NCBI GenBank assembly: GCA_001244265.2
Contig: CDLV01000004.1
Coordinates: 1,798,001-1,862,000, forward strand
Direction of reading: 5' to 3'
Length of the DNA stretch: 64,000 nt
Origin: Microbotryum violaceum
Lineage: Eukaryota
The notes under the pieces were generated by a model, which worked only from the letters and a program-made list of their open reading frames with translations, was not told where the DNA came from and searched no databases. Below are positions 1-13,109 of this stretch, piece after piece. Each line of letters starts with the position of its first letter. Within the stretch, counting starts at the first letter, position 1. The position numbers and the translations under genes are program-made.

Positions 1-1171
1 TAGTAGGGGGCGATTGAGCAAAGCAAAAGAATGGGCGGTATGCGCGAGCGCGACGCGTCGCGGCCCTCTCCAGCGTCTCCGGAGTCGTGACGCGTCGACG
101 TCCCGGCCAGTCCCGGCCCCAATTGTTCCACGCGACCCGTGCCGAATCACGTGTTCGAGGTAGCGCTCTTGTTCAGCTTGCAGAGGACAATAGTAACTCT
201 CAAAATATATGCAAAAATCCGAATGCACTATTACTCGCCGACTGTGCCTTTGTTTCCAGGTTTTCCACCGAGTTATAGTGGGAGTGAACGTCTCGGTAGC
301 TCGACATCGAGGTGGGCATACCTCAACGTGGCCAAGTCGGCGCCCTGGGGTAGCAAGGGTACACCCCGCTGGGGCAGTGACTTGGAAGGCACGTGAGGGG
401 GCGCTGCGCGCGCGCCTGGTTAGGCGTATTTTTTATGTCTGCCCGAGGTGGGAGAGACCTAAGCTCAACTAAGCCCTCCCTCTGGGAGGGGCTTACGAGT
501 TATCGGCGCGCTTGGCCCAGTTGCCCTCCGAAATTTCAGGGCTATTTTGGGGTGGTTCTCTGTAACTTGGCAAGTAAACGCATTCATGCAAAAGTGAGGG
601 ATAATATTTTTCTTTGCGCTCTAAAAATGACATACCCCAAGCGGTGAGATCTTTCATAAGCTGTGGGTGGAGCTACAACGATCCGAAGTCTGCGATTTCG
701 GTCGATCGGGCCTCAGATGGTCCGAGCGCATCGTATAATTGGCGCGCTCATCATCGGCGAGCCTGCTCTGTTCGGCTTGATCCCCTTGCGTACGCTTCGC
801 TGTTCTCCTCTTTTCACAAGGATTGTTGGCCACGTCAAGCGCGACAATATCTGAAACCAAAAATAATGCGAACAAGCAGACACCATACCTCATCAACTTG
901 CCAGAACAACCGCCGCGAGGCGGATCCGTATTCGCTGAATTTTGTAGCCGCGATCTCTCGCTATGTCAATACCTGTCGTGGTATTTCAGCCCAACCACAC
1001 GATTTGGAGGCGTTCAAACACACCGACCAAATCTGTTCAACAGCAACTGGTCTAGCCTTAATCGTGTACATGTTCTCTTTCTACGACTTGCACGCGAGGA
1101 TGGCGCAGAGTCAAGAACTTGAAGCCGACTCAATCAATGACTGGATCGCCGAGCAGGTGGACAACACTTCG

Positions 1172-3010
1172 TGTTGAAGTAAATTACTCTTGCCTTAAAT
1201 CCGCACTACGCGCGTCTCCACTTTATATTAGTCGCGCGCGCGATTCGCGTCTTTGTCTCCTCTTCACTTGATTACGAACTCATTGGCTCGTCCTTGCCGC
1301 CAACTCGTTCAGCACATCGCTGTTCAGTTTCAATAGGTTACGAGCCCAACCGAACGGCCAGTCAATTCGAGTCATCAAGACATGAGCACTCCGCTCATGG
1401 TCACAGGGGGAACAACCCCTATCGTCCTCGTCAAACCACGCGATGTTGACCCATCATGCCATCTGCGAAACGCTGGGGGCTGGTTGCAATGGATCGACGA
1501 CGTGCGAGGCGCCCTTGGCGGCGACTATTGGAACTGCACCCTCGCGACGCCCGTCCAATCACCCAACACGGGCACGGATCTCGATCACGCCAATTTCCAA
1601 GCGGTCGCGCTGCTGATGCGTTCTGTCTCACCGGACATCCGAAAACACATAAGGATGGTTACGACCACACTCCTGCGGAAGTCTTACAGATGATCAAGAA
1701 GGCGGTCGGTACCGGCACGGTGGCTGACATTCTCATCCGTCTCCAAGCGTTGCTCGACGTGGGACCCCCTCCCACCGGCATGGACGCCTTCGCAAAGTAC
1801 CAAGCGACGACCATTGAGCTATTTAACACGCTCTTGGGACACGAGCTTACTTTCGAGCAGATTGTGTTGTTCCGCCTTGTCCACTTTGGCAAGGATCTGT
1901 ACCGTGAATACTACACGCAAACACTTCGGCAAGGATTGGATAGGCTACCGAGCCCAACGGAGGACCTCCAGTCGCTCCACACACAGGCGGATCAGACGCC
2001 AGCTCCCAAACCCGTCGCCATGGTGGCAAGCCCGATTGCGACAGCGGACAAGTCTACCGCGCCTCCTTTCTCCCCGTGCCACCACTGCGGAGGTCCGCAC
2101 TGAAATTGCAAGTGCCCGGACAACAAGGCTGGGTCCAAGGGGAAGAAGACGAAGGCTCCTTCAGCGCCTTCCGCCTCGCTCGTCACTGCGCTTGATATCT
2201 CGACGCTGGTTGACGGTCCTGTGCTTGGCTACCTCACAGCCACAATGTCCACCTTGGCCAGGCCCTCCATCATCCTGGACAGCGGGCCAACGCACCACAT
2301 TGTCAATGATTGCGCATGTTTCACGTCCTTCCGCAAGTGCAAGCCAGCTCCGCTCGAAGGCATCACTGGTGAAGTTGTCAACTCCATCGAAGGTGTCGGC
2401 TCCGCAATTGTTCGTTCCTTCGACGGCAGCATCGGCCAACTCAACGACGCCTTGTTTGTGCCCACCGCTCCGGTCAACCTGTTCTCCGCCAGTCGTGCCG
2501 ACATCGGGGGTTACGACATCCGTCTGACTCGGGCCAAGGCAACGGTCTCCTCCATGTCACGCAAAGTCCTTGCTGTCCGCTCGGATAATGGGGGTGAATT
2601 CATGTTGAACGAGTTCTCCAGATTCCTGGAGGAGCAAGGCATTACTCGTCAGCCCTCTATCCCTGACACGCCTCAACAGAATGGAGTCGGCAAACGTGCA
2701 AATTGTTCGATCACCGAGGGTGTCCGCTCAATGCTCCACCAGTCGGGCCTACCTCACGCTTTGTGGGCCGAGGCATTGGCAATGTACGTCTACGTCAAAA
2801 ATCGCTTGCCGCACTCTTCAAACTCAGGCACCAGGCCTCACACACATTGGTACGGTTCCAAACCTTCAGCTGGCCATCTATGCGTGTTCGGCTGTCGAGC
2901 GTGGAAGGTCGCTACCACCGAGCCGCGCAGCAAGCTTGATCTGCAAGGCATCCCACTTGTCTTCGTCGGCTACGACCTCGAGTCCAAAGGGTACAGACTG
3001 CTGGACCCGC
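1172..3010 (+). mobile_element. Truncated Ty1/Copia LTR retrotransposon (family A, diverged copy): 5' LTR 1172-1332, PBS, frameshifted gag, protease, internally deleted and 3'-truncated integrase
   Basis: The TG...CA LTR is homologous to 12944-13109. PBS GGTTACGAGCCC at 1336-1347. Zinc knuckle CHHCGGPH*NCKC, protease ILDSG, integrase VRSDNGGEF and TPQQNG. No RT or 3' LTR. The 3' end is approximate. Confidence 0.9.
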
Positions 3011-4698
3011 GACACTCGCGCGGACTCGCGCGGCCGCCTTCCACACACACACCGCCCCCACGTCAACCTTGTCCAGTTATTCCCCGCTTTCATAACGACT
3101 CTGTTTCACTCAACAGCCTTCAACTGCTATCATGAGAAAAGTAGATGGCATCATTCCGACTTGGGAGAGGGAGTTGGCCGCCAAGGGTGCAGGTACGTTG
3201 CAAGCTGGGAGCTCTTTGAGCCCTCCTAATGCAGGCTGGAGCAGATGCAGAGATTCTTCCAGTGCCGATGTTCAATATACGATTCTGCTGCTGCATACCA
3301 AGACTCTTGGCCGCGAGCACCGGCACAGGATTTGTCGGCCGACCCCGACAAATAATTATCTGGAACGAGCCCTACTAGTTCTCTGGAACTCAATGGAGCC
3401 CGACTCTCGGAGTGCCCAGCCCTGAGCCTCGAAAGCTCGAACGCTTTCAACAGCCACACCACCAACCCAATACACCATAGCAATGTCACCATTTGCAACT
3501 ACATAAAGCTTAGCATTCGGAGCAAACGCCCTCCTGCCATGAAAATGAGTTCCATACCGCGGAGTAAAAAGGCAAACCTCCTCCGAGTGGTGTCGGTTCC
3601 CGCGCAAGTAGAAAATGTTGAATGTGAACCGAAGGGCTTATCGGAATTTGGCGTAGCGACCGACCGACGGGCGTCATGAATGGGCGATGCTCTGGATGGC
3701 CGATGAGACATGAGGACAGTGGCGGCAAGCTGGCGGCAGCTAGGCGGAGGCAACGGTTCAGCGAGACAGGAGAGGTAAATCGACGAAGTCCCGATGTGGA
3801 GGCGGCGGCGCGCGAGCGTGAGTTGAAGAGGCTGGCGCGGGGGGCGGCGAACAAGGGGGCGGCTTAGCCGCGGAGGCGAAGGCGCCGAGGCGAAATACTG
3901 AAGGGGGCGGCTTGGCTGCGAAAGCGAAGGCGCCGAGGCGAAGGCTGGGCGGTCCGAACAAACGGCGGCCCAAAGTTGAAGTGTTCGAACGCTTGTAGTA
4001 GAATGAAATTCAACAGAAAAAGCCGCGAGCGTGTGAGCGTTTCCGGTCGCGCCCAGCCCACGCGCCTTCTTCGTCTTTCGTCGTTCCTTTCGTCCTCCTG
4101 CGATTCTGCGAGCGTGAGAACTGTTTTGGGAGCGCGTGTAAGCAGCTTCCGAGGCGCGCAAATCGTAAAGAGCGGGCAGTGCGGGGTTCGGAATTTAGCT
4201 ATGAAAATTGAAAAAATTGAAATCATTTTTTGGATTTATTTTTTATTTTTGGAAAAATCCCAAAAAGCGCGTAGATTGAGTAGGTTGCGCGCGCATGAGC
4301 GCGCAGTAGCGCGTGTAATGCCCCGTCCGTGCGCGGATACGGCGGGGCGAGCGAGTCTAACAGTGAGTGAAAAGCGCGCGACCGCCAATAGGGGCCAGGA
4401 ACAGATGTTTTTCCTGGAAAGCGCGCAACTTCGCAGGTTCCAGAGCGCGTTAGAGACCAAGAGTGCGTCCAAGAGTGAATGACGCGCGTATGAAGGCCCT
4501 TTGGCGCGCAATTGCACGATTTTCGGCGCGCGTACAAACAAATTGTAACGCGCAAGTAGCCCCGGGCGCGCAAATCCATTCGTTGCCCAAACGGCGGCCC
4601 ATTGGCTGCCCTCAAGTTGCCCGCGCGCCTCGTGCCCTCCTGCGCTCTTCCGCTCTTGCCTCACTCGACCTTGTGCATCCGCAGCATAGTCTACGCGT

Positions 4699-7089
4699 AT
4701 GCGCTCGACATACGAGAATGACTCGCTCTCGTTCTCGACGCGAAGGGAACTGTTAAACCCCAATTTCGAGTCGTACAAGTTGACGTCACCGCCTGCCGGC
4801 TCGAGCTCTTTGTCCTTCGCATTGCCAGAACCGGGCCTTGGGGTTCGGACCCTTGCGGACCACACTCGACTATCGTACCACCAAGTTCAGTATCGGGCAC
4901 GACACAGTCACCTCTACCCTGGACTGGACGGCGATGCAGTCTATATCGACGCTGCGGGCCGTGTGCTAGCGATCGAGTTCGGTCAGGTGAGTTGTCCTCA
5001 AACGGGGGGAGCTCGCCATCCTCATGCTGTATCGCCCCCTGAATGCTGTTGTCACTTCATAATACCCTTGATCTGATTAGATTCTTGTTTCGCTTGCCGA
5101 TGCCGGATGCAGGCTGTAGAACACGGGCCCAAGTTCCATCACCTGCTCACGCTCGCCTCACCCACAGCAAGCTTGACCTACACTCGGGATGAGTTGGAAT
5201 ATGCCGCAGGCGTGGCAATAGCACCTCGTCGTTGGGTCGTATCGAGCGGGGATGGTCGCTTGTCATCAATTGCGGTTGAGAAGAACGCCCTCAACTGGAA
5301 AGGCACGATCGAGGCGACCTATGAGTTGCGGCTCGAGGAGCAACTCGATGTCGATCGTGCTACGCCGTTCCAATTGCACGCTGCAAACGAGGATACATCC
5401 TCGAGCTCAATTTTTGCATTGCTATCTGTAGCCATCAAGTCTGCGAGGACTACTGCGCCTCCAAGCTCGGCCGGTGCAAGCCACAACCCCGACACCGGGT
5501 TTGCGCCGGCGCCAGGGACCCGAGTTCGACTGGCTTCCACTACGATCTTCAAATACATTTGTGTGCGCCTGGACAGCACCGAGACGACCGGAATAAGCGA
5601 TCCAATGCCTCTCACGGTGCTTTGGCGAGCCACCGGGGATGACCTGCCGCACTTCGTGCATTTCGAACCGACCCTTCAGCGATATTGCATCGGCTCCACC
5701 GCGCCGATCCAGCCATCCCCTTTGGTGTCAGAGCAAACAGGAACTGAACGGGGTTCTACGGAAATGAGCGTCGCCGAAAACGACCAAAGGGAGGGTCCGC
5801 ACCGAAGTAGTGAAATTTCGAGGAACAAGGACGCGTGCCACGTTTTGCCCCAGCCGTTTTCGTGGACCCAAGATTCGGATTCCGTCACCGTTGCCTTTGC
5901 AATTCCGTCGGACGTCCTGACTTCGAGTATAAAGATAACGTTCTCCAGGCAGTACATCACCCTCTTCATAACAAGTGCCCGAGCATCCCTACGCTGGCCG
6001 CTCAACGCTCCCGATGGCACACTCCTACGCATCTCTCACAAAAAGCTATGGGATCTGATCGATCCTCATACCAGCGTTTGGACCTTTGACCGCGAAGCCG
6101 AGGGCCGAGATTCGACGTACGGCATCTTGAGTATGCATCTCGAGAAGGCTCATCCCGGAACACGATGGTCCGATGTCTTTGCGCCCACTCTTCCGGCCGT
6201 GCAGGGGGCGCGGCCCCGAGAGACTTTTTCTGACGCCGCTGAAACCCGCATTGTCGAGATGCAGGATGACGACAATTGCGGAGATGATGGCACCCGCGAA
6301 GCCAGGTACCAACTGTGGCTCGAGAATGTGCCTGAAACGCTGGACGCATCGGAACTTGCAGGCATCGTGGATGGAATGGAGCAATGGCACCGCAATTTTG
6401 CTGAATTACATGGAGGCAAAGGCATCATCCAAGACCAAGGCTTTGGAGATGGCGCCCCAGCGACTCTGAACGGTGACGAAATGGATGTCGAAGTCGACGG
6501 TGAAGTAGGAAAGCCTCTTGTGGTGAGCTGGATTGACTGTGCGTGGGCTACGACACCTCGGATCAACCATCCGTATCCTACGGTCAACTTCAGCCTCCTC
6601 TCCACCGGCTTGCCCATCGCTGTATCGTCTCCGACTGTCGACAGTTGCACCAAATCGCTTAGTCAAACAGGGCTTGTCATCAAGCACAATGTCGATGGAG
6701 CCTTATTTGTACCTCCGAGTAGCGAAGATGCAAAGTCGACGACCTGGACGCACCACTCGACGTTCCCCGCTCTGGCGTTCGTGCTTGCGACCAAGACGAA
6801 TGCGAGTTTTGTTACACACGTGAGCGACCAAGCCGTTCTCGCCTTCGACAGCCCCTCACCTTTGGCTGTTGATCCCAGTGCAACAGTATCAACTCGCAAC
6901 CTCTTTGTATATTGGGCGCCCGCGAATATCAAGGACAGAATGAGTCAGCAGATGGTACTTAGGATAGGGGAGGCCTCTGATGGTGCGTTGCTGGGAGTGA
7001 TTGGGATGCGTCGGCCCAGTGGATCTGCCGTTTCCGTGGTGGCTCTTTGTGAGCAGTCGTTGGTTGTTTTCAGAGACTTGATTTCTTGA
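4699..7089 (+). CDS. NUDCD1: NudC domain-containing protein 1 homolog (CS/p23-domain co-chaperone). Exons 4699-4986 and 5113-7089, about 754 aa
   Basis: N-terminal RELLNPNFESYKL resembles the NudCD1 LLDPRFEGYKL motif. CS-domain PFSWTQDSDSVTV; C-terminal HNVDGALF and HHSTFPALAFVLATK motifs. A phase-0 intron 4987-5112 (GTGAGT...CAG) joins ORFs 4699 and 5107 in frame. No stops or frameshifts. Confidence 0.85.
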
Positions 7090-7168
7090 TGCAAAGTCTG
7101 TCTCAAGGAGTGGTGCAAGATCACGATGAGTTCCGCTTCGAGAGCTATGCTAGATGGCCGCCCCAATG

Positions 7169-7369
7169 TGAAAGGCACGAGATTGCTCTCGAGCCTCACT
7201 GGTTCCGAGTCCAAACTGAAAGGATCAAACGGTGTAATTTGCAGGCGAAGAAAGACTACTAAAAGGACTAAGGTCAAGAGACGCGGCGGCGCCGCGCGCG
7301 AGGGCAAGCGTGAGGCCGCAGAGGTCGGCTCGAGGTCGTTGTGAGGCGTAAGCGGAGCGGCGCCTTACA
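7169..7369 (-). mobile_element. Solo LTR, family B (201 bp)
   Basis: TGTAAGG...CTTTCA termini. 5-bp TSD CAATG (7164-7168 and 7370-7374). Homologous to 27511-27710 and 42698-42898. Confidence 0.93.
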
Positions 7370-7790
7370 CAATGTTGCGCAGAACAGGTCCATGATGAGT
7401 CTACAGACACACTCAGTTACTATTCCGGCTCGGGCGTGCTATACATCCACCTCCCCGCGAGATGAAGGCTCGTTGCGGGCTCCGGCCGCACCTCCCGGAT
7501 CATGGTGTCAGGCAAGGCCTTACCTGGCCTTACGACGGGCCACATGCATGCAAAGGAGAGTGAAGAAAGGGATAGTATAGGCTACTACATTATTACAACC
7601 GCGGTCACAAAAGTTTGTAACCGCAATCACTTGATCTACTACAACTGCGGTTAGTGCGGTTGCGACTGCGGTCAGATGGCGAAACCCACTTTTTAGGCCT
7701 GAAGTTGAACCACGGTTACTTTCGAATGGCTTGACGGGCGACGTCTGTTCCACCAACCGCGGTCAACTGCGGTTGCGTGGATTTCCGAAA

Positions 7791-8055
7791 TATTTTTGCC
7801 AGCCCCTTCACAACTGGACTACACAGCCAAAAAAGCCAGCAATTTCAAGCGATGCGGAATCAGAAGGGAGCCATTTTAAGGCGCAAGGTAACTTTGCGTG
7901 TAGTTAGTTGTGAAGGGGCTGGCAAAAATAATAACGATTTCAATCGATGCCAATTGAAATCAGAAGGGAGCCGTTCACGGTGCAAGGTAACTTTGGTCTT
8001 GGCAGACATACGGCGTTTTTCCATATGGGCTCCATGAGTTTCGCGCGCGCATGTG
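7791..8055. mobile_element. Partial copy of the long-TIR MITE at 31889-32278
   Basis: Near-identical to part of 31889-32278. Ends CGCGCGCATGTG followed by TA; the other end is missing. Confidence 0.8.
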
Positions 8056-8549
8056 TAGCCTGTCGAACGGGAGGCACTGCGATGCGCTACAATTCAACAG
8101 CGTAGATAGAGCGGACTTGAAGAGGTCTGACATTAATGTTGTGTAGGTGTAGTGATGACGTGACGTCAGTCTTCCCCATTCATTGTGGTACAATTGTCCC
8201 AGACTTCGAGATCAGGCATTCATCATCTCCAATGCTCCTCACGGTCCCGCAGGTCTCATCTGATTGGGGTACCACTGTGAACACTGAGCATGCCTGTATG
8301 AAAAGTTATGATGGGTTACGTCTTTTCTATCTCACTTTGACCTCGCTTCTCCAACCAAAACTTGCGGAACATTCTTTACCAACTGCGAAATCGAGCTCGG
8401 CGGCAAGGTCCGATATCCAATAAGCTAGTAGTGCTGACACTAGTACTACTCCCATCAACTCGGCCAAGTTCTTAACTTCGACTCTCCTGACCACTCGCGC
8501 GAGTTGTAGCGGAATAGTGGTTCGGGTTGCTGCAAGATGAAGGACAACA

Positions 8550-11500
8550 TGTAGAAATCAAATAGCGATGTGCTGAGCGAGTTGGCGGCAGTGGCAAGCC
8601 AATGAGTTCGTAATCAAGTAGAGATTGCAATAAAGGAGTTCTTCACACACCTGAACAAGTTGGCGGCAGTGGCAAGCCAATGAGTTTGTAATCAAGTGGA
8701 GAAGAAGAAGGAAAGACGTGATTGGCCCGCGCGGCTAATACAAATAGAGACGCGCGCTAGGCGGATTTAAGGCAAGAGCAATCTACCTCAACACCCCCCC
8801 TTGCTCTTGGCCTGAAATGTGGCGCAGACCGATGGCGTCACAATGACGCTGGAAGACTACTTGTGGCAGCGGCTTGGTGCAAATGTCGGCAACCATATTG
8901 TGGGTTGGGATGTAGGTGACCAAGATCTCGCCGTTCCGAACGTGCTCCCAAACGAAGTGCTCCAACATGCGCAAATGTTTGGTGCGAGCGTCGAAAGCCG
9001 GATTCTGGGTGAGCGCTATAGCTCCCTGGTTATCCCCGAGAAGACGTAAAGGGGACGACATGTCAAGACCGAGTTTGGTGAGGAGCGAGCGAAGGAAGAC
9101 AGCCTCCTTGGCTGCATGCGAGAGGCCCAGGTACTCCGCTTCCGTGGATGAACAAGCTACGCGAGGTTGGAGACAAGATGACCATGAGATGGCCCCACCT
9201 GCCAGTTTGAACAAGTAACCCATAGTGGACCCCAACGTCTGTATGTCCGATCCCCAGTCCGAGTCAGAGTACCCCTTGTACCCCAGCAGAGGCTCACCGG
9301 TGCGCATGTAGTGAATGCCAAGATCAAGTGATCCTTTGATGTAACGAAGGACGCGCTTGGCCGCCTCGAGGTGAGTGTTGCCCGCCTTGCCAACGAAACG
9401 TGACGGATATCCGACGGAGTGGGCTAGATCAGGGCGAGTGGCAACGACAGTGTACATGAGTGAGCCGATCATGGAACGGTAGATGGCATTGACGGCGGAG
9501 TCTGGATCGGGTTCCGGCAAAAGCTGTAGGTTGGCTTCCATGGGTGACTTGCAGGGGTTGCAGTCGGACATGTTGAAGCAAGCCAAGATGTCAAGGAGGT
9601 ATTGACGCTGGAGAAGGGAGATCCCGCCATCGTCGTGTCGTACGACCTGAACCCCAAGTACCCATTTGGCCGGGCCAAGGCATTTGACTCCGTAGAGGGT
9701 GTCGAGTTGGTCAAGGACTCGATCAATTTCCCCGAGATCCGGCCCAAAGAAGAGTAGATCGTTGACGTAGAGTGCGATGTAGTGATCACCCCCAGCGTCC
9801 TCATGACGATAGATGCATTTGTCGCAGGCGAGGTGACGATAGCCGAGACTCGCAAGCGTGGTGATGATCGTGTTGTTCCACACTCGACCTGCCTGCTTGA
9901 GACCGTAGATCAATCAATGAAGGCGGAGGCATTTGCCTTTGTAGCCTTCGATGCCAGTTGGAACCCGCATGTAGATCTCCTCCTCCAGCACACCGTGAAG
10001 ATAGGCCTTAACAACGTCGGCCTGAATGATGTGGTGGCCCTTCGAGGCTGAGTGCGCGATGAGCGTGCGAATGGAGGTGTACTTGGCCGTGGGTGAGAAG
10101 GTCTTGTTGAAGCTGTTCGGGCCTTGTGCGCAGCCCTGTACAACAATGCGGTTCTTCAGTGAAACCATCTTCCCGGCTTTGTCGCGTTTGGTTCGAAAGA
10201 CGTGACGACTTGGTAGATCATAGCTCCTTTGGGCACGGAAGATAGTTTGACAACGCTGAACACCTTGAGATCGTCTTTCATCGAGCGGAATCCATCAATG
10301 GCTCCCGCTTTCCATCCCACGGCGTGAGGATGGTGCATGGCATCATTCCACGTGGTGGGATCACTGCTTAGGAGCGAGAACGGGTCCTCTGGTTCCGAGA
10401 GTGGTCGATCCGCTGTTGAGGTGTCGATGCCCGCCGCTTTGAGATCAGCAACAAGTTCGGTTACCTCCTTGCCTAGAGAGAATGCGAAGGCAGAAGGGGT
10501 CAAGCGCGAAGATGCGAGGGCGCCGTAACAAGCTGGGGGGTTGCGCGGGCGCAAACCCACGGGTGGCTGCCACACGGGCCCCAGTGTGTCGAAACGTAAA
10601 GCAGCCGGAAGCTCTGCTTGGTCGGGGGGTGCCTGATCGGCATGCTGGTCAGGGAGTACAATGACTATGTTGTCGTCGTTGCCTGTGACGGGCACATGAG
10701 CTGCTGGGATGCCCTCCTGCCTGGCTGGGAACTCGTCCTTGAAGAATGTGACACTGTGCAATTTGAAGACTTGTCTGGTAGTGGGGTCAAACAGTCGGTA
10801 TTCCTTGGATTCGAGATCGTAGCTGATGAATAAGAGTGGAATACCCCACGGATCGAGTTTGCTGCGCGCTTTGGTGGTAGCTGCCTTCCATGCTCTGCAG
10901 CCAAATATGCAGAGATGGCCGGCCAACGGCTTCAATCTGTGCCAATGCGTGTGTGGTGTGACACCTGAATTTGCCAAGTGTGGTGAGCAATTCTTGACGT
11001 AGACATATGTTGCCAATGCCTTGGCCCACAAAGTGTGGGGTAGACCCGACTGGTGGAGCATTGATCGGACACCCTCGGTGATCAAGCGATTTGTGCGTTC
11101 GGCAACCTTGTTTTGCTGAGGGGTATCAGGAATCGAAAGCTGACGAGTGATGCCTTGTTCTCCCAGGAAGCTCGAGAACTCGTTCAACAAGAATTCACCA
11201 CCATTGTTGGAGCGGACTGCCAGGAGTTTTCTTGACGAGGAGTGCTCGACCTCTGCAAGCCACAACTTGAAGGCCGCAAAGGTATCGGACTTTGCAACAG
11301 CGGAATTGCCCAGAGATATCGGGTGTAATCATCGACAATGACGAGGGCGTATTTCGCGCCGCCTAACGACACGGCGCCGTTGAACGCAAGAAGGTCCATG
11401 TGGACTTGATCAAGAGGTTGGGCCGAACAATTCGATGTGACAGTGGGGAAAGGGTGATGTGTGATCTTCCCAGCCTGGCATGTATCACATTTCAAGTCTT

Positions 11501-13109
11501 TGTTTGATGCTACCTCCATGTTGACTCCCAGCACAGCCTCAGTTGAGATCAGCTGTTGTAGAGCGCATGGGTGAAGGTGAGCAAAACGTCCGTGCATGAT
11601 GGAGACAGGAACGGCCGCAAATGCGCATGGGGATGCACCCGTTTGCTTAATGAGAGTAGTGACGTTGACGAGGGAAGCATGCATGTGGTACAAGCCGTTC
11701 ATGATCTCCCCGGTGTGGCAAATCAACCCGCCAACTGAGACCGTTGCTTTGCCTTGGGCAAGGCTGATGTCGTAGCCTGCAGCGTCGGCGCAACTGACGG
11801 AGAAGAGGCTGACCGGCGCGCTGGGGACGAACAACGCGTGGTGGAGTTGGCCGATGCTGCCATCGAAGGAGCGAACGACAGCGGAACCGACACCTTCGAT
11901 CGAATTGACCGCCTCACCCGTGATGCCCTCGAGCGGAGCAGGCTTACACTTGCGGAAGTTGGTGAAACAAGCGCAATCATTGACGATGTGATGCGTCGCG
12001 CCGCTGTCGAGGATGAGGGAAGGTTTGGCCAATGTGGACATCGCTGCGGTGAGGTATCCGCGGACCGGGCCGTCTAGCAACGTCGAGATGTCGGGAGCAG
12101 CGGCGAGTGATGCGGACGGCGCGGAGGAGGCCTTGGACTTCTTGTCCTTGACGGGGCATTTTCGATTCCAGTGAGGACCTCCACAGTGTTGGCACGGAGC
12201 TGACGGAGTCGATGAAGATCTGTCCGTTGCGGTCAAGCTAGCTACCATTGCCACGGGCTTGTGTGCCGGTGTGGATTCAGCTTGACTCTGAAGCGTTTGA
12301 AGCGCTTCGATCGGATCGGGGAGCTTGTCGAGGTCTTGACGGAGCGTTTGAGTATAGTACTCCTTGTAGAGGTCCTTGCCAAAGTGGATCAAGCGTATCG
12401 AGATGACCTGTTCAAAGGTAAGGCTGTATCCCAAAAGAGTGTTGAACAGCTCAATGGTGTTGGCTTGGTACTTCTTGAACGCGTTGACACCGGAGGGAGG
12501 TGGACCCGCATTGAGCAGGGCTTGGAGCTTGATGAAGATGTTGGTGACTGTGCCTGCTGCGACCGCTTTCTTGATCATCTTCAAGACGTCGGTGGAAGTG
12601 TGATCGAATCCGTCTTTGATCTGCTTCTTGATGTTGAGGGAGACCGAGCGCCTCAAGAGCGCAATCACTTGGAAGTTGGCGTGCTCCAGGTCGGTGCGCG
12701 CGTTGGGTTTCTGAATGGGCGTCGCAAGCGTGCAGTTCCAATAGTTGCCCCCAAGAGCTCCACGGACGTCGTTGATCCATTGCGACCAGCCTCCCGCGTT
12801 GCGCAGGTGGCATGACGGGTCGATATTGTGGGGTTTGACATAGACAATAGAGGTTGTTCCCCCTGGTACCACAGTGTCCGTATCACCGGGCATGATGACT
12901 TGATGACTCGAGTTGGCTGGGCCGCTACGTTGGGCTCGTAACCTGTAGAAATTGAACAGCGATGTGCTGAACAAGTTGGCGGCAGTGGCAAGCCAATGAG
13001 TTTGTAATCAAGTGGAGAAGAAGAAGGAAAGATGCGATTGGCCCGCGCGGCTAATACAAATAGAGACGCGCGCTAGGCGGATTTAAGGCAAGAGTAATCT
13101 ACCTCAACA
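8550..13109 (-). mobile_element. Full-length degenerate Ty1/Copia element (family A). 5' LTR 12944-13109 (166 bp), 3' LTR 8550-8793 (244 bp)
   Basis: TSD CAACA (8545-8549 and 13110-13114). PBS GGTTACGAGCCC at 12932-12943; G-rich PPT at 8794-8806. Order gag-PR(LILDSGATHH)-IN-RT(YGLKQAGR)-RH(GYSDSDW), with frameshifts. Confidence 0.96.

Noticed and set aside
614..1177. 187-aa ORF ending LEADSINDWI, faintly like the start of a Ulp1 domain
   Set aside because: Similarity is too weak and the ORF is cut by the LTR at 1172; cannot assign.
3499..4620. GC-rich overlapping ORFs and GCGCGC-rich tracts upstream of the NudCD1-like gene
   Set aside because: No recognisable domains, TIR pair or TSD; probably promoter or TE-terminal sequence.
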